This document shows positions 50,754 to 64,000 of a stretch of DNA of 64,000 nt, piece by piece (positions within the stretch are counted from its first letter, which is position 1; every line of letters begins with the position of its first letter). The notes under the pieces are model-generated. The model was not told the origin of the DNA and made no database searches. It was given only the letters and a program-made list of their open reading frames with translations. A program made the translations under genes and the position numbers. Source of the DNA: Thermodesulfobacteriota bacterium (GTDB lineage Bacteria > Desulfobacterota > Desulfarculia > JACQYL01); the NCBI GenBank assembly GCA_963675595.2, contig CAXXLZ010000002.1, positions 2,016,001-2,080,000 of the forward strand, in the 5' to 3' direction.

Positions 50754-51375
50754 TGCGGGCCAACCTCTCTTTGATCGCCTCCATCGCCGGTTCCAGGACG
50801 ATCAAGTTCTCGTACTTCAGGATGTCGTAAACATTCAGTCCGTTGGTGTGCAGGACCTTTACGTGCGGCACGTTACGGGCCGACTTCATCAGAATCTCGT
50901 CATCTCTCGAAGTCAGGATCAAAGCGTTGGTAAAATCGAGTCCGGACAGCGCCTCGAAAAACAGCTTGGTCTTGATCTCGGAAAGCCCGAATTCATTCAG
51001 CACACACACTTTTTCACTTCTCCGCTTGTCGCTGAGCGCCATGCACAGCGCCAAACGCCGTACCTTTTTAGGAACCCTTTGCTCGTAGGATCGCGGCTTG
51101 GGAGCCAAAGCTCTACCGCCTCCCCGCCACACGGGGCTCGTACGAGTTCCGGCACGCGCTCTTCCCGTACCTTTTTGCCGGTAGGGTTTCTTTCCTCCGC
51201 CGCGCACTTCCGACCGAGTTTTGGTCGATGCAGTGCCTTGGCGTCTTGCGGCCAGCTGCGCACAAACCACCTGGTGCAACACTCCCAACGTCACCGGCAC
51301 ATCCCAAATAGCGTCGGGCGCGTCGATTTCGGAGACCTTTTCCTTCTTTACGTTGATAACATCCAGGACGGGCAT
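50737..51375 (-). CDS. rplD: 50S ribosomal protein L4
   Basis: [14 protein letters not shown]. Confidence 0.98.
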   Translation of the reverse strand: MPVLDVINVKKEKVSEIDAPDAIWDVPVTLGVLHQVVCAQLAARRQGTASTKTRSEVRGGGKKPYRQKGTGRARAGTRTSPVWRGGGRALAPKPRSYEQRVPKKVRRLALCMALSDKRRSEKVCVLNEFGLSEIKTKLFFEALSGLDFTNALILTSRDDEILMKSARNVPHVKVLHTNGLNVYDILKYENLIVLEPAMEAIKERLARNEGSA

Positions 51376-51384
51376 GACCTTACC

Positions 51385-52035
51385 TCACTCTTCCGATGCT
51401 TCCGCAGCAGGACCTTTTCTCACGATCACCAAGCCGTTGGTGCTGCCGGGCACCGCTCCCTTTACGATCAGGAGATTCTGATCCGGACGCACGTCCAGGA
51501 TCGTAAGATTCTTGACCGTCGTTTGCTTATTGCCATAGTGACCGGGCATCTTGCGCCCTTTCACGACACGAGCCGGATAGGCGCTCGATCCGATGGAACC
51601 AGGGGACCTATGAGTCTTGCAGCCGTGGCTGGCCTTGCCGCCCGCGAATCCGTGCCGCTTCATGACGCCGGCGAATCCGTGCCCTTTGGAAGTCCCGGTT
51701 ACATGAACCAAGTCACCCGGCGCAAAAAGACTTACGTCCACCGACTCTCCCACCTCGTACTCGTCGGGATTCTCAACAGGAAACTCTTTGAGATGAGCCA
51801 AAGGTTCGACGCCGGCGGCCTTGAAATGCCCCAAAACAGGTTTGGTCGTACGCTTCTCCTTTTTCGGCCGGAATCCCAACTGCACGGCGGAGTACCCTTC
51901 CCTGCCTTCGCTCTTCTTCTGAACGACGGTGCAGGGGCCCACCTGGAGGACGGTGGCCGGCACGGCCAATCCCTCTTCCAAAAAGAACCGGGTCATCCCT
52001 AATTTCAATCCCATCAAACCTGGCAGCATCGTCAT
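51385..52035 (-). CDS. rplC: 50S ribosomal protein L3
   Basis: [19 protein letters not shown]. Confidence 0.98.
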   Translation of the reverse strand: MTMLPGLMGLKLGMTRFFLEEGLAVPATVLQVGPCTVVQKKSEGREGYSAVQLGFRPKKEKRTTKPVLGHFKAAGVEPLAHLKEFPVENPDEYEVGESVDVSLFAPGDLVHVTGTSKGHGFAGVMKRHGFAGGKASHGCKTHRSPGSIGSSAYPARVVKGRKMPGHYGNKQTTVKNLTILDVRPDQNLLIVKGAVPGSTNGLVIVRKGPAAEASEE

Positions 52036-52126
52036 ATCCTCGACGCCCCCGTCCTCCCCGACGTTTCAATGATCAGCAACGATGGGGTCGCGACGGTCGA
52101 GCCTCTCGCTTTTCGTTTTGTTCAGG

Positions 52127-52438
52127 CTACAGCTTGATCTCGACGTCAACGCCGGCGGACAACTCCAACTTCATCAACGCATCCACCGTCTGTTGCGTAG
52201 GCTCAAGGATGTCCAGGAGCCTCTTGTGCGTGCGGATCTCAAACTGTTCCCGGGATTTCTTATCAATGTGCGGAGAACGCAACACCGTAAACTTGTTGAT
52301 CCGAGTGGGCAGAGGGATCGGACCCGCAACCCTCGCCCCAGTTCGCCGGGCGGTCTCAACGATCTCGCCCGCAGACAGGTCCAGAAGCTTATGATCATAG
52401 GCCTGCAGTCGGATCCTGATTTTCTGGTTTTCCATCAT
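52127..52438 (-). CDS. rpsJ: 30S ribosomal protein S10
   Basis: [21 protein letters not shown]. Confidence 0.98.
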   Translation of the reverse strand: MMENQKIRIRLQAYDHKLLDLSAGEIVETARRTGARVAGPIPLPTRINKFTVLRSPHIDKKSREQFEIRTHKRLLDILEPTQQTVDALMKLELSAGVDVEIKL

Positions 52439-52453
52439 GGGTCGACTACCCTT

Positions 52454-53647
<1,194 letters not shown>

Positions 53648-53666
53648 TTCCCGTATCCTCCTTCGC

Positions 53667-55754
53667 CTAATTGGAACTCTTCTTTGCCATGACTTCCTGG
53701 GCAATCGCGCTGGGCATTGGGTCGTAACGCAAGAAGTGCATGCTGTAGGTTGCCCGGCCGGTCGTCTTGCCTCTCAGGTCCGTCGCATATCCAAACATGT
53801 TCGACAACGGAACTTCCGCATCCACGATCTGCATGTTGGCGCGGGCTTCCATCCGGGTGATGCGCCCTCTTCTGGAGTTCAGATCGCCGACGACTTCTCC
53901 GATGAATTCTTCCGGGGTAACCACTTCAACCATCATGATGGGCTCCAGAAGTATCGGTCCGGCTTTCTTGGACCCGTCCCTCAATCCCATGGATCCGGCG
54001 ATCTGAAAGGCCCGATCCGACGAATCCACCTCATGATAGGACCCGTCCGTCAGGGTAACGCGGATATCGACCATGGGAAAACCCGCCAGAACCCCCTTTT
54101 TCGCCGCTTCTTCCACCCCTTTTTTCACCGACGGAATGAATTCCTTGGGAACGACGCCCCCAACTATCTGCGACAGGAATTCGAAACCCGATCCCTTCTC
54201 CAACGGCTCGATCTTTAAGACAACGTGGCCGTACTGCCCTCGCCCGCCACTTTGGTGCACGTACCGCGACTCCTGAGTGACTCCCTGGGTCAGAGTCTCA
54301 CGATAGCTGACCTCCGGTCGGCCAACTTTGGCCTTCACTTTGAATTCCCTGAAAACCCGGTCCACCAATACTTCCAGGTGAAGTTCACCCATCCCCGCCA
54401 CGATCGTCTGTCCGGTTTCTTCATTAAAGGACAATCGGCAGGAGGGGTCTTCCGCGGTGAGCTTATTGAGAGCCACACCGAGCTTTTCCCGATCATCCTT
54501 GGATTCCGGCTCAATAGCGATGGATATTACCGGCTCCGGCACATCAAGGGATTCGAGCAAAATCGGAAACTTTTCGTCACTGAGAGAATCTCCCGTGCCG
54601 GTATTCTTGAGGCCCACGGCGGCAACAATGTCACCGGCGCGGACTTCCTTGATTTCCTCGCGTTTGTCGGCGTGCATTCGCATCAGCCTGCCGATTTTCT
54701 CTCGACTATTCTTAGAGACGTTGAGCAACTGTGTGCCTGAAGCCATCGTCCCCGAATAGACTCGGAGGAAAGTCAACTGCCCGACATAGGGGTCCGTCAT
54801 CACTTTGAAGGCCAGTGCGCTGACGGGTGCGTCATCCGAGGCATCCCGAGTTTCGGGGCCTCCTTCCGGGTTCAACCCGTTGGTCGGAGAAACGTCCAGA
54901 GGAGAGGGCAGATAATCCACCACGCCGTCGAGCAAAGGCTGAATCCCTTTATTCTTAAAGGCGGAGCCGCAGAATACGGGGATCAGATCAAGACCCACCG
55001 TCGCCTTGCGTATGGCCGCTTTCAGTCGTGCGGTTTCTATGGGATTACCTTCCAAATAACTTTCCATAACGGACTCGTCAAAGTCGGCCACCTGCTCGAT
55101 GAGGGTGTCTCTTCTGGCTTCGAATTCCTCTCTCAGATCATCCGGAACAGCTTCGGTGCTGAACTGTGCTCCCAGTTCCGACCCATCCCACACCACAGCT
55201 TGTCCGGACACTAAATCCACTATGCCCCGAAAATCCCGTTCGCTTCCGATGGGAAACTGGAGCAGAAGCGGAGCGGCACCCAAACGTGTTCGCATCATCT
55301 CGACACAACGATCCACATCGGCACCGGTGCGGTCCACCTTATTGATGAAGGCCAGCCTCGGAATTCGGTAACGGTCCGCTTGTCTCCACACCGTTTCCGA
55401 TTGTGGCTCGACCCCTCCCACAGCGCAGAAAACCGCAATTACCCCATCCAACACACGAAGGCTGCGTTCCACTTCGATGGTAAAGTCCACGTGACCCGGC
55501 GTGTCGATGATATTGACTCGATGGTTTTTCCAGGAGCAGCTCGTCGCGGCGGACGTAATCGTAATTCCGCGCTCCCTCTCCTGTTCCATCCAGTCCATCG
55601 TGGTCGTGCCGTCGTGTACTTCTCCGATCTTGTACGAAACCCCCGTATAGTACAGGATACGTTCCGTGGTGGTGGTCTTTCCCGCGTCAATATGGGCCAT
55701 CAACCCAATATTTCGCATCCGCTCCAAAGCGGTGCTTCTAACCGGCTTGGGCAC
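53667..55754 (-). CDS. fusA: Elongation factor G
   Basis: [30 protein letters not shown]. Confidence 0.97.
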   Translation of the reverse strand: MPKPVRSTALERMRNIGLMAHIDAGKTTTTERILYYTGVSYKIGEVHDGTTTMDWMEQERERGITITSAATSCSWKNHRVNIIDTPGHVDFTIEVERSLRVLDGVIAVFCAVGGVEPQSETVWRQADRYRIPRLAFINKVDRTGADVDRCVEMMRTRLGAAPLLLQFPIGSERDFRGIVDLVSGQAVVWDGSELGAQFSTEAVPDDLREEFEARRDTLIEQVADFDESVMESYLEGNPIETARLKAAIRKATVGLDLIPVFCGSAFKNKGIQPLLDGVVDYLPSPLDVSPTNGLNPEGGPETRDASDDAPVSALAFKVMTDPYVGQLTFLRVYSGTMASGTQLLNVSKNSREKIGRLMRMHADKREEIKEVRAGDIVAAVGLKNTGTGDSLSDEKFPILLESLDVPEPVISIAIEPESKDDREKLGVALNKLTAEDPSCRLSFNEETGQTIVAGMGELHLEVLVDRVFREFKVKAKVGRPEVSYRETLTQGVTQESRYVHQSGGRGQYGHVVLKIEPLEKGSGFEFLSQIVGGVVPKEFIPSVKKGVEEAAKKGVLAGFPMVDIRVTLTDGSYHEVDSSDRAFQIAGSMGLRDGSKKAGPILLEPIMMVEVVTPEEFIGEVVGDLNSRRGRITRMEARANMQIVDAEVPLSNMFGYATDLRGKTTGRATYSMHFLRYDPMPSAIAQEVMAKKSSN

Positions 55755-55770
55755 TACGCGACCCTATCTC

Positions 55771-55813
55771 AAAAAAGAAAAAAGGGAGCTCTAAAATCGT
55801 ATCGGAAACTCCC
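55771..55813 (-). terminator. Terminator-like hairpin plus U-tract between rpsG and fusA
   Basis: Minus strand GGGAGTTT...GAGCTCCC followed by TTTTTTCTTTTTT. Confidence 0.5.
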
Positions 55814-55826
55814 CGTATGTTCGGCT

Positions 55827-56297
55827 CTACCAACGATAATGAGCGAAAGCCTTGTTGGCCTCCGCCATCTTATGCGTGTCTTCCCTCTTCTTCACCGAAG
55901 CACCGCGATTGCCGGCCGCATCCATCAGCTCCGCGGCCAACTTATTCCACATTCCCTTTTCTCCACGCTTAACCGAAAAGGAAATAATCCAGCGAATGGC
56001 CAAAGCCGTCCGGCGGGCCCCGCGGATCTCAACGGGCACCTGGTATGTGGAACCACCAACTCGACGCGATTTGACTTCGAGGAGAGGTTTCACGTTGTCC
56101 ATGGCCTTTTCGAACACCTTGAGAGGATCTTCCTTGGTACGCTCGGCAATCCGGTCTAGGGCGTCGTACATGATTCGTTCGGAGACGCTCTTCTTACCGT
56201 CCTGCATCAGGCCGTTCACGAACTGGGAAATAAGTCGACTCCCGAACTTGGGATCGGGCAGAACTTCCCTCTTGCTGATTTCACGTCTTCTGGGCAT
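55827..56297 (-). CDS. rpsG: 30S ribosomal protein S7
   Basis: [24 protein letters not shown]. Confidence 0.98.
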   Translation of the reverse strand: MPRRREISKREVLPDPKFGSRLISQFVNGLMQDGKKSVSERIMYDALDRIAERTKEDPLKVFEKAMDNVKPLLEVKSRRVGGSTYQVPVEIRGARRTALAIRWIISFSVKRGEKGMWNKLAAELMDAAGNRGASVKKREDTHKMAEANKAFAHYRW

Positions 56298-56314
56298 GGA
56301 TACCTCGACTCACT

Positions 56315-56686
56315 CTACTTGGGCCGCTTGGCGCCGTACTTGGAGCGCCCCTGCCTGCGGTTCTGTACACCCAACGTGTCCAATGTCCCGCGGATGATAT
56401 GATAACGAACACCCGGCAAGTCCTTTACACGACCTCCCCGAATGAGCACCACGGAGTGTTCCTGCAGGTTATGCCCTTCCCCGGGAATATAGGCCGTTAC
56501 TTCCATGGCGTTGGTGAGACGCACCCTGGCGACCTTTCGTAACGCCGAATTTGGTTTCTTAGGCGTCGCGGTGTAGACGCGCGTGCACACACCGCGTTTC
56601 TGGGGTGATCCTTTCAACGCGGGAGTCGATGAGGATTTCTTCACCCGCTTCCTCGCCTTGCGCACGAGCTGGTTAATCGTCGGCAT
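56315..56686 (-). CDS. rpsL: 30S ribosomal protein S12
   Basis: [29 protein letters not shown]. Confidence 0.98.
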   Translation of the reverse strand: MPTINQLVRKARKRVKKSSSTPALKGSPQKRGVCTRVYTATPKKPNSALRKVARVRLTNAMEVTAYIPGEGHNLQEHSVVLIRGGRVKDLPGVRYHIIRGTLDTLGVQNRRQGRSKYGAKRPK

Positions 56687-56772
56687 AAACAATTCCCTGC
56701 TTGAACATGTAGGAGATGATCCCGAATTCTTCGGGGTGAAACGCTCTTCGAGCGGAAGCGTCAAAAAGGTGA

Positions 56773-56801
56773 TTTTTACTACGCAATTCCAAGCGTGTCA
56801 A
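56773..56801 (-). promoter_or_regulatory. Probable str-operon promoter
   Basis: TTGACA-N17-TAAAAA preceded by an AT-rich UP-like tract. Confidence 0.45.
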
Positions 56802-56834
56802 GGTAAAAAATAATTCACCGGGTTCCTTTGCCGA

Positions 56835-56867
56835 GGAGGCCGGCGAGTTCTCCTTCGTCCGGCCTCC
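56835..56867 (-). terminator. Hairpin downstream of rpoC
   Basis: GGAGGCCGG...CCGGCCTCC 9-bp stem; no adjacent U-tract. Confidence 0.4.
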
Positions 56868-56880
56868 AATCCACCCTTTA

Positions 56881-59800
56881 TCAGAACCTTACCATCCGTC
56901 TGTAGCGCTCCAGTCCCGTGCCCGCAGGGATCAACCGCCCCATGATGACGTTTTCCTTTAGTCCCCTCAGGTAATCCACCTTTCCGGCGATGCTGGCATC
57001 CGTCAGCACGCGGGTGGTTTCCTGAAAGGAAGCGGCGGAAATGAAGCTCTCCGTACTGAGGGAAGCTTTGGTGATTCCCACCAGCATGGGCTCACCTGCG
57101 GCGGGCTTGGCTCCCGCAGACATCACGCGCTCATTTTCAATCTGGAACTTCTGACGTTCGACCTGCTCGCCGATCAGGAAGCTCGTATCACCGGGATCTT
57201 TGACCCGAACCCGACGCAACATCTGCCGGACAATGACCTCGATATGTTTATCATTGATCCGTACCCCCTGAAGACGATAGACCTGCTGCACCTCGTTGAC
57301 CAGGTACTTGGCCAGTTCCTTCACTCCCAGCACGGTGAGGATGTCATGGGGATTCGCGGATCCGTCCATCAGAGGTTCCCCGGCGCGGACGAAATCCCCT
57401 TCATGCACACTGATGTGCTTGCCTTTCGGAATCAGGTATTCTTTGGCCTCTCCCACTTCGGGCGTGATAACGACCTTCCGTTTACCTTTGGTCTGCTTTC
57501 CGAAGACCACCTCACCATCGATCTCACTGACGATGGCGTGCTCCTTGGGCTTCCTGACCTCGAACAATTCGGCCACCCTGGGAAGTCCGCCGGTGATGTC
57601 CTTGGTTTTCGTGGTTTCCCTCGGAATCTTTGCGACTACGTCACCCGCCGATATCGTATCCCCCTCGTTTACCGTGATGATGGCACCGACGGGTAGAGAG
57701 TACCGCGCCACGGCATTGCCCCCCGGAACCTTGGCGGTCTTGCCTTCTTCGTCCTTGATGGAAATACGAGGTCGCGTATCCGTGTGCTTGAACTCGAGGG
57801 TCACTTTACTCGCTTTGCCGGTCACCTCGTCGACCTTTTCCTTCATGGTCTTGCCGGCCACGAGGTCCCCGAACTTAACCCGTCCGGAAACCGCGGTGAT
57901 AATGGGGGTCGTGAACGGATCCCACTCGGCGATAATGTCTCCCGGTTTTACCTCGCTGCCTTCCTTCACCCGCAGCATGGCTCCGTAAATAATCGGATGT
58001 TTTTCCCTCTCATGGCCTTTATCGCTCACCACGGCCAGCGCGCCGTTACGGTTCATCACCACTTCCACGCCGTCCTTGTTGGTCACCGTGCTCAGATTGA
58101 CATAGCGTATCCGGCCCTCGCTCTTGGCCGCGATGTTCGTGGTCTCAATCCGTCGACTCGCCGTACCACCGATGTGGAATGTACGCATGGTCAGCTGGGT
58201 GCCGGGTTCTCCGATGGACTGCGCCGCAATGATCCCGACCGCCTCTCCGATTTCAACCCGTTTGCCGTGAGCCAGGTCGCGCCCGTAGCAGTTGGCGCAG
58301 ACCCCTCGTTCCGATTCGCAAGTCAGCACGCTCCGGATTCTCACTCGCTCGACGCCGGCATCTTCGATGGTGTGCGCCAGAACCTCGTCGATCTCCTGGT
58401 TCCGCTTGGCGATGACCTGCCCGCTGAAAGGATCGATTACGCTTTCGGCAGCCAATCTTCCAATGATGCGCTCACTCAGGGGTTCTATGACCTCACCGGC
58501 CTCACGCAGCGCGTCCACCTCTATCCCGTCAAGCGTCCCACAGTCGTTTTCCGAGATGATGGTATCCTGCGCCACATCCACCAACCTCCGTGTAAGATAC
58601 CCGGAGTTGGCCGTCTTAAGAGCCGTATCCGCGAGTCCTTTGCGAGCGCCGTGAGTTGAAATGAAGTACTGAAGCACGGTGAGGCCTTCTCGAAAGTTGG
58701 CCGTAATGGGCGTTTCGATGATCTCACCGGAAGGTTTGGCCATGAGTCCGCGCATACCGGCAAGCTGCCGAATCTGGTCCTTGCTTCCGCGACTTCCCGA
58801 GTCCGCCATCATGAAGATGGGGTTAAAACTGGCCATCCCTTCCTTGTTGCCTTTTCCATCTTCCACCATGTCGGTGGATATTTCACTCATCATCTCCCGG
58901 GCGACCTGATCGGTGGCCTTGGCCCAGACGTCCACCACCTTGTTGTACTTCTCTCCGTGAGTAATGACACCATCAATGTATTGCCCCTCGATGGTGCGCA
59001 CTTCGTCAGCCGCCCGACCGATGATTTCCTCTTTACGGTGAGGAATCACCATGTCTTTGATGGATATGGAAACACCGGATTTTGTTGCGAAGGAATAACC
59101 AAGGTCCTTAAGCCGGTCGGAAAGAATAACCGTGGCCTTGATCCCCCGTCTTCGGTAACAAACGCCGACCAGGTTCCGAAGCTCTTTCTTGTTCATCACA
59201 CGGTTGACGGCCTCGAAGGGGATTTCCGGAGGTACGATTTCGTACAAGATCACCCGGCCCACCGTGGTGTCGACCATACGGCTCTCACCGCCGCCGTTCA
59301 TTCTGACTTTGATCAGCGCGTGAAGATCCACCTCTCCCGAATCATAAGCCACCCTGACTTCTTTGGGGCTCGAAAAGACGCCGCCTTCACCACGCGCAAA
59401 AGGACGTTCCCTGGTCAGGTAGTAAATGCCCAGCACGATATCCTGGGAAGGCACGATGTTGGGGTCGCCGTTGGCCGGGCTCAGAATGTTGTTCGTGGAC
59501 ATCATGAGCACTCGGGCCTCGATCTGAGCCTCAATGCTCAGAGGAACGTGGACCGCCATCTGGTCGCCGTCGAAATCCGCGTTGTAGGCGCTGCAGACGA
59601 GAGGATGAAGCTGGATCGCTTTACCCTCGATCAGCACCGGCTCAAAAGCTTGAATACCCAATCGGTGCAGCGTGGGGGCACGATTCAGCAGGATGGGATA
59701 CTCGCGGACCACCTCGTCGAGGGTATCCCAGACTTCCGGCGTCTCCCGCTCCACCATCTTTTTGGCGCTCTTGATCGTGGTAACGAGACTCTTCTTTTCC

Positions 59801-60957
59801 AGCCGGTTGTAGATGAACGGCTTGAACAGCTCCAGGGCCATTTTCTTGGGCAAACCACATTGGTGAAGCCGAAGGTCGGGACCCACCACGATCACCGAAC
59901 GACCCGAATAGTCGACACGCTTGCCCAGGAGGTTCTGCCGAAACCGTCCCTGCTTGCCTTTCAACATGTCGCTCAAGGATTTCAGGGGGCGCTTGTTGGG
60001 TCCCGTGATCGTCTTGCCCCGCCGCCCGTTGTCGAACAACACGTCCACCGCTTCCTGAAGCATGCGCTTTTCATTCCGGATGATGATATCCGGCGCACTG
60101 AGCTCCTGGAGTCGTTTCAACCGATTGTTTCTATTGATCACCCGTCGATACAGGTCGTTCAGGTCGGAAGTGGCGAAACGGCCTCCCTCCAAGGGAACCA
60201 GAGGGCGCAGGTCGGGAGGAAGCACCGGGACTACGTCCAGAATCATCCATTCCGGCTTGTTTCCGGAGTCTCTGAACGCCTCCACCACTCGGAGTCGTTT
60301 GGCCAATTTCTTGCGTTTTGTTTCCGATCCGGTGCTCAGCATCTCCTCGCGGAGCGTTACGGATTCTTCCTCCAGTCGGAGCCCGATCAGAATCTCTCTG
60401 ATGGCTTCCGCGCCGATCCCCGCTTTGAATGCGTCCGGCCCATACTCCTCCCTCGCCTGGCGATACTTCTCTTCGGAAAGCAATCCGCCGGCTTCAAGGG
60501 GGGATTCACCGGGATCCAGAACAATGTATGACTCGAAATACAGGACTTTTTCGAGGTCTTTCAGGGTCATGTCCAGCAAGACGCCCACTTTGCTGGGCAG
60601 ACTTTTCATGAACCAGATGTGCGCCACCGGCGTGGCGAGCTGGATATGTCCCATCCGCTCCCGGCGAACCTTGGACTGGATAACCTCGACGCCGCACTTC
60701 TCGCAGATCACCCCTCGGTGCTTCATCCGCTTGTATTTGCCACAATTGCACTCGTAGTCCTTGGTCGGGCCGAAAATCTTCGCGCAGAACAACCCGTCCC
60801 GCTCCGGCTTGAATGTTCTGTAATTGATCGTTTCCGGTTTCTTGACCTCCCCGTGAGACCATTCGAGAATCTTCTCGGGTGACGTCAACGCGATACGAAT
60901 CGCGTTATAGTGCAACGGGTCCTTGGGCTTTGCAAAAAAGCTGTAAACGTCTTCCAT
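56881..60957 (-). CDS. rpoC: RNA polymerase beta-prime subunit
   Basis: [10 protein letters not shown]-terminal Zn ribbon, [13 protein letters not shown]. Confidence 0.99.
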   Translation of the reverse strand: MEDVYSFFAKPKDPLHYNAIRIALTSPEKILEWSHGEVKKPETINYRTFKPERDGLFCAKIFGPTKDYECNCGKYKRMKHRGVICEKCGVEVIQSKVRRERMGHIQLATPVAHIWFMKSLPSKVGVLLDMTLKDLEKVLYFESYIVLDPGESPLEAGGLLSEEKYRQAREEYGPDAFKAGIGAEAIREILIGLRLEEESVTLREEMLSTGSETKRKKLAKRLRVVEAFRDSGNKPEWMILDVVPVLPPDLRPLVPLEGGRFATSDLNDLYRRVINRNNRLKRLQELSAPDIIIRNEKRMLQEAVDVLFDNGRRGKTITGPNKRPLKSLSDMLKGKQGRFRQNLLGKRVDYSGRSVIVVGPDLRLHQCGLPKKMALELFKPFIYNRLEKKSLVTTIKSAKKMVERETPEVWDTLDEVVREYPILLNRAPTLHRLGIQAFEPVLIEGKAIQLHPLVCSAYNADFDGDQMAVHVPLSIEAQIEARVLMMSTNNILSPANGDPNIVPSQDIVLGIYYLTRERPFARGEGGVFSSPKEVRVAYDSGEVDLHALIKVRMNGGGESRMVDTTVGRVILYEIVPPEIPFEAVNRVMNKKELRNLVGVCYRRRGIKATVILSDRLKDLGYSFATKSGVSISIKDMVIPHRKEEIIGRAADEVRTIEGQYIDGVITHGEKYNKVVDVWAKATDQVAREMMSEISTDMVEDGKGNKEGMASFNPIFMMADSGSRGSKDQIRQLAGMRGLMAKPSGEIIETPITANFREGLTVLQYFISTHGARKGLADTALKTANSGYLTRRLVDVAQDTIISENDCGTLDGIEVDALREAGEVIEPLSERIIGRLAAESVIDPFSGQVIAKRNQEIDEVLAHTIEDAGVERVRIRSVLTCESERGVCANCYGRDLAHGKRVEIGEAVGIIAAQSIGEPGTQLTMRTFHIGGTASRRIETTNIAAKSEGRIRYVNLSTVTNKDGVEVVMNRNGALAVVSDKGHEREKHPIIYGAMLRVKEGSEVKPGDIIAEWDPFTTPIITAVSGRVKFGDLVAGKTMKEKVDEVTGKASKVTLEFKHTDTRPRISIKDEEGKTAKVPGGNAVARYSLPVGAIITVNEGDTISAGDVVAKIPRETTKTKDITGGLPRVAELFEVRKPKEHAIVSEIDGEVVFGKQTKGKRKVVITPEVGEAKEYLIPKGKHISVHEGDFVRAGEPLMDGSANPHDILTVLGVKELAKYLVNEVQQVYRLQGVRINDKHIEVIVRQMLRRVRVKDPGDTSFLIGEQVERQKFQIENERVMSAGAKPAAGEPMLVGITKASLSTESFISAASFQETTRVLTDASIAGKVDYLRGLKENVIMGRLIPAGTGLERYRRMVRF

Positions 60958-60971
60958 AGTTGTCCTCCGGG

Positions 60972-63900
60972 CTAGACTTCCGAATCCTCAATCAACTCCA
61001 CGTCCAGGCAAAGGCTTTTCAGCTCCTTCACCAACACGTTGAATGATTCGGGCAATCCGGCCTCGAGTACGTTGTCGCCCTTGACGATCTTCTCATACAT
61101 TCTTGTCCGGCCGGCCACGTCGTCCGATTTGACCGTGAGAAATTCCTGCAGGCTGTAGGCCGCGCCGTAGGATTCCATCGCCCAGACCTCCATCTCGCCC
61201 AATCGCTGTCCACCGAATTGAGCCTTACCGCCGAGAGGTTGTTGGGTGACCAGAGAGTAAGGACCGATGGAACGTGCATGGAGCTTGTCGTCCACCAAGT
61301 GGTGGAGCTTCAGGATATACATCATACCCACGGTTACTTCCCGGTCGAACTCCTCCCCCGAACGTCCGTCTCGGAGGCGGCACCGGCCGGTGAGCGGAAG
61401 ACCGGCTTCCTCGAGGCACTCTTCGATTTCGTCCTCAGTGGCTCGATCGAAAACCGGAGTGGCCAATTTGACCCCTCGTTTTGCGCGCTTGGCGAACTCC
61501 ACCAGCTCGTCATCTGTGAAATCTCCGAAAAAGCGCTTATATTCGTCTTCAGAAAAGACCTTCTGAAGTTTCTTCCTTATTATCTGGGGAGCATTGACCT
61601 GCTTGACCGTTTCGTAGATCTGATTGCCCAAGGCATGAGCGCACCACCCCAGATGCGTCTCGAGAACTTGGCCCACGTTCATACGTGAAGGGACGCCCAG
61701 CGGATTGAGGACCACGTCCACCGGCGTACCGTCCTCGAAGAAAGGCATATCCTCCACCGGTAGAATTCTGGAAACAACGCCCTTATTGCCGTGACGGCCG
61801 GCCATCTTGTCGCCTACCGAAAGCTTTCGCTTGATCGCAATATACACCTTGATCATGCGGATCACGCCCGGGGGTAGTTCATCACCTTTCTTCAGCTTGC
61901 TGATCTTTTCCTCGAACAGCATCTTAATGATGGCCACCTGCTCCGTGTATCGATCGAGAAGCTCTTCGATTCGCGGTCGGATTTTCTCTTCGTTCTTAAA
62001 GAGGACCGTCTTCCAGAGCTGGATCGGCACCGTTTCGGCCAACTCCCGCGTCACCTTCTGTTTCGGAGCCAGCAGTTGTCTCCCCCTCATATCGGCCAGT
62101 TCCGTTTCCACATCCTCACCGACGATCACGGGTGCGAGACGATCCAAGATGTTCTTACGGATGACCTCGATCTCGTCCTGCTGGTCCTTTCTGAGACGCT
62201 CCACTTCCTTGTCTTCGATGATCTTGGCTCTTCCGTCCTTTTCAACTCCTCTGCGCGAGAAGATGCGGGCGTCGATCACGATCCCCTCGACCCCGGGAGG
62301 TACCCTCAGGGACGTATCCTTCACATCCCCGGCCTTCTCGCCGAAAATGGCGCGCAGCAGCTTTTCCTCGGGGGACAACATGGTTTCGCCTTTGGGCGTC
62401 ACCTTCCCAACGAGAATATCACCGGGTTTCACCTCGGCACCGACGCGAATGATGCCGCTTTCGTCCAGGTTCTTCAGGGCCTCTTCCCCCACATTGGGAA
62501 TGTCCCTGGTGATCTCTTCTTCACCAAGCTTGGTGTCGCGGGCGAGCACCTCGAATTCCTCAATGTGTATGGAAGTGTACACGTCTTCCATCACCAACCG
62601 CTCGCTCACCAGGATCGAGTCTTCGAAATTGTACCCTCCCCAACTCATGAAGGCGACCATGGCGTTTCGTCCCAGGGCGAGCTCGCCTCCCGCGGTGGCG
62701 GGGCCGTCCGCGATGATCTGACCGGGATACACCTGATCACCCTTGCCCACGATAGGTTTCTGGTTGATGCAGGTATTCTGGTTGGATCTTTGGTATTTCG
62801 TCAGCTTGAAGATTTCCACCTTGGACGCCAGATCTTCGCCCTGGCCACGATCACCGTCGTCCTCGTACCGCAGGACGATTCTGGTGGCATCCACATCCTC
62901 GACGTAGGCGCGGCGAGGCGCGGCGATGCTGACACCCGAGTCTTTGGCCACCACGTTTTCCATCCCGGTGCCCACCAAGGGTGCTTCGCTCCGCAATAGA
63001 GGAACGGCCTGACGTTGCATGTTGGAACCCATCAGGGCCCGGTTGGCGTCGTCGTTTTCCAGGAACGGAATCAGGGATGCGGCCACACTCACGAGCTGGT
63101 TTGGAGACACGTCCATATACCGAACGTACTCCGGCGCAACCATGGTGAGTTCACCCGTGACCCGGCATGAAACTTGAGGACGAGTGAAGCGACCTTCTTC
63201 GTCGAGCGGAGCGTTCGCCTGCGCAATGGGGTAGTCTCTTTCCTCCAGCGCGGTGAGAAATACCACCTCGGAGGTCACCCGGCCGTTTTCCACGACGCGG
63301 TTCGGCGTTTCTATGAACCCGAACTCATTGACCCTGGCGTAGGTGGACAAGGAAACGATCAGCCCGATGTTCGGTCCTTCAGGGGTTTCGATGGGACAAA
63401 TCCGTCCGTAATGGGTCGGATGAACGTCGCGGACCTCGAAACCGGCTCGTTCGCGGGTCAAGCCTCCCGGTCCCAAAGCGCTGAGCCTCCGTTTGTGGGT
63501 CACCTCGCTGAGGGGGTTGGTTTGATCCATGAATTGAGAGAGCTGACTTGTGCCGAAGAACTCCTTCACCACCGCGGAAACCGGCTTCGGGTTCACCAGG
63601 TCGTGGGGCATCAGAGTCTCGATCTCCTGAAGACTCATGCGCTCCTTAATCGCCCTCTCCATACGCACCAAGCCGATGCGATACTGGTTTTCCAGCAGCT
63701 CGCCCACGGCGCGCACTCTCCGGTTGCCCAGGTGATCGATGTCGTCGGGCTGGCCTTCCTTCTCTTTCAGAGCGATCAGGTGCTTGACGGCAAGAATGAT
63801 GTCTTCCCGCCTCAGAGTCCGCAAGGACAGCGGAACCTCTTCCGTTTCCAGTTTGAGGTTCAGCTTCATGCGTCCCACTGTGGACAAATCATAATGCTCG

Positions 63901-64000
63901 GGGTCGGAGAACAAATTGTCAAAGAATCGAGTGGCGAATCGGGCCGCAATCTCTTGCGTCGGAGGATTGCTCGGCCGAAGTTTCCGGTAAATCTCAATGA
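60972..64000 (-). CDS. rpoB: RNA polymerase beta subunit (5' part beyond the window end)
   Basis: [34 protein letters not shown]. Confidence 0.99.
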   Translation of the reverse strand, partial: IEIYRKLRPSNPPTQEIAARFATRFFDNLFSDPEHYDLSTVGRMKLNLKLETEEVPLSLRTLRREDIILAVKHLIALKEKEGQPDDIDHLGNRRVRAVGELLENQYRIGLVRMERAIKERMSLQEIETLMPHDLVNPKPVSAVVKEFFGTSQLSQFMDQTNPLSEVTHKRRLSALGPGGLTRERAGFEVRDVHPTHYGRICPIETPEGPNIGLIVSLSTYARVNEFGFIETPNRVVENGRVTSEVVFLTALEERDYPIAQANAPLDEEGRFTRPQVSCRVTGELTMVAPEYVRYMDVSPNQLVSVAASLIPFLENDDANRALMGSNMQRQAVPLLRSEAPLVGTGMENVVAKDSGVSIAAPRRAYVEDVDATRIVLRYEDDGDRGQGEDLASKVEIFKLTKYQRSNQNTCINQKPIVGKGDQVYPGQIIADGPATAGGELALGRNAMVAFMSWGGYNFEDSILVSERLVMEDVYTSIHIEEFEVLARDTKLGEEEITRDIPNVGEEALKNLDESGIIRVGAEVKPGDILVGKVTPKGETMLSPEEKLLRAIFGEKAGDVKDTSLRVPPGVEGIVIDARIFSRRGVEKDGRAKIIEDKEVERLRKDQQDEIEVIRKNILDRLAPVIVGEDVETELADMRGRQLLAPKQKVTRELAETVPIQLWKTVLFKNEEKIRPRIEELLDRYTEQVAIIKMLFEEKISKLKKGDELPPGVIRMIKVYIAIKRKLSVGDKMAGRHGNKGVVSRILPVEDMPFFEDGTPVDVVLNPLGVPSRMNVGQVLETHLGWCAHALGNQIYETVKQVNAPQIIRKKLQKVFSEDEYKRFFGDFTDDELVEFAKRAKRGVKLATPVFDRATEDEIEECLEEAGLPLTGRCRLRDGRSGEEFDREVTVGMMYILKLHHLVDDKLHARSIGPYSLVTQQPLGGKAQFGGQRLGEMEVWAMESYGAAYSLQEFLTVKSDDVAGRTRMYEKIVKGDNVLEAGLPESFNVLVKELKSLCLDVELIEDSEV

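Noticed and set aside
57590-58160. Large insertion in the RpoC trigger loop
   Set aside because: Corresponds to the known SI3-type lineage-specific insertion, not an intein.
63470-63560. Rifampicin-resistance changes in RpoB (and streptomycin changes in RpsL)
   Set aside because: The cluster I residues (D, H, S) and the RpsL lysines are wild-type.

Overview
GC-rich bacterial chromosomal segment, most likely Desulfobacterota/deltaproteobacterial (inferred from gene order and protein families). The right part (36.8-64 kb, minus strand) is the core rpoB(partial)-rpoC-str-S10-spc-secY/adk/map-alpha superoperon. The left part (1-36.8 kb) is accessory envelope and signalling DNA. It holds a LytS/LytTR pair with a Tat-exported FAD oxidoreductase and a P1B ATPase with a CsoR/RcnR-like operator. 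It also holds a 9-gene LpoB-COG3014-FlgT_N-MlaE-MlaF*-MlaD-TPR-YihY-cNMP cluster whose ABC ATPase has lost its catalytic motifs, an orphan hisD followed by a MITE-like element, and a redoxin/cNMP-pseudorhodanese/DoxX module. Further right are a GAF protein with a divergent class III cyclase-like domain, a Cache pseudo-histidine kinase, a muramidase-like lipoprotein, small Cys-rich proteins, an M12 metallopeptidase, a RemA-like gene, PBP1A and a SPASM-first radical SAM enzyme. No tRNA, rRNA, CRISPR array, transposase or prophage was seen. All family assignments are from motif recognition by eye; no searches were run.
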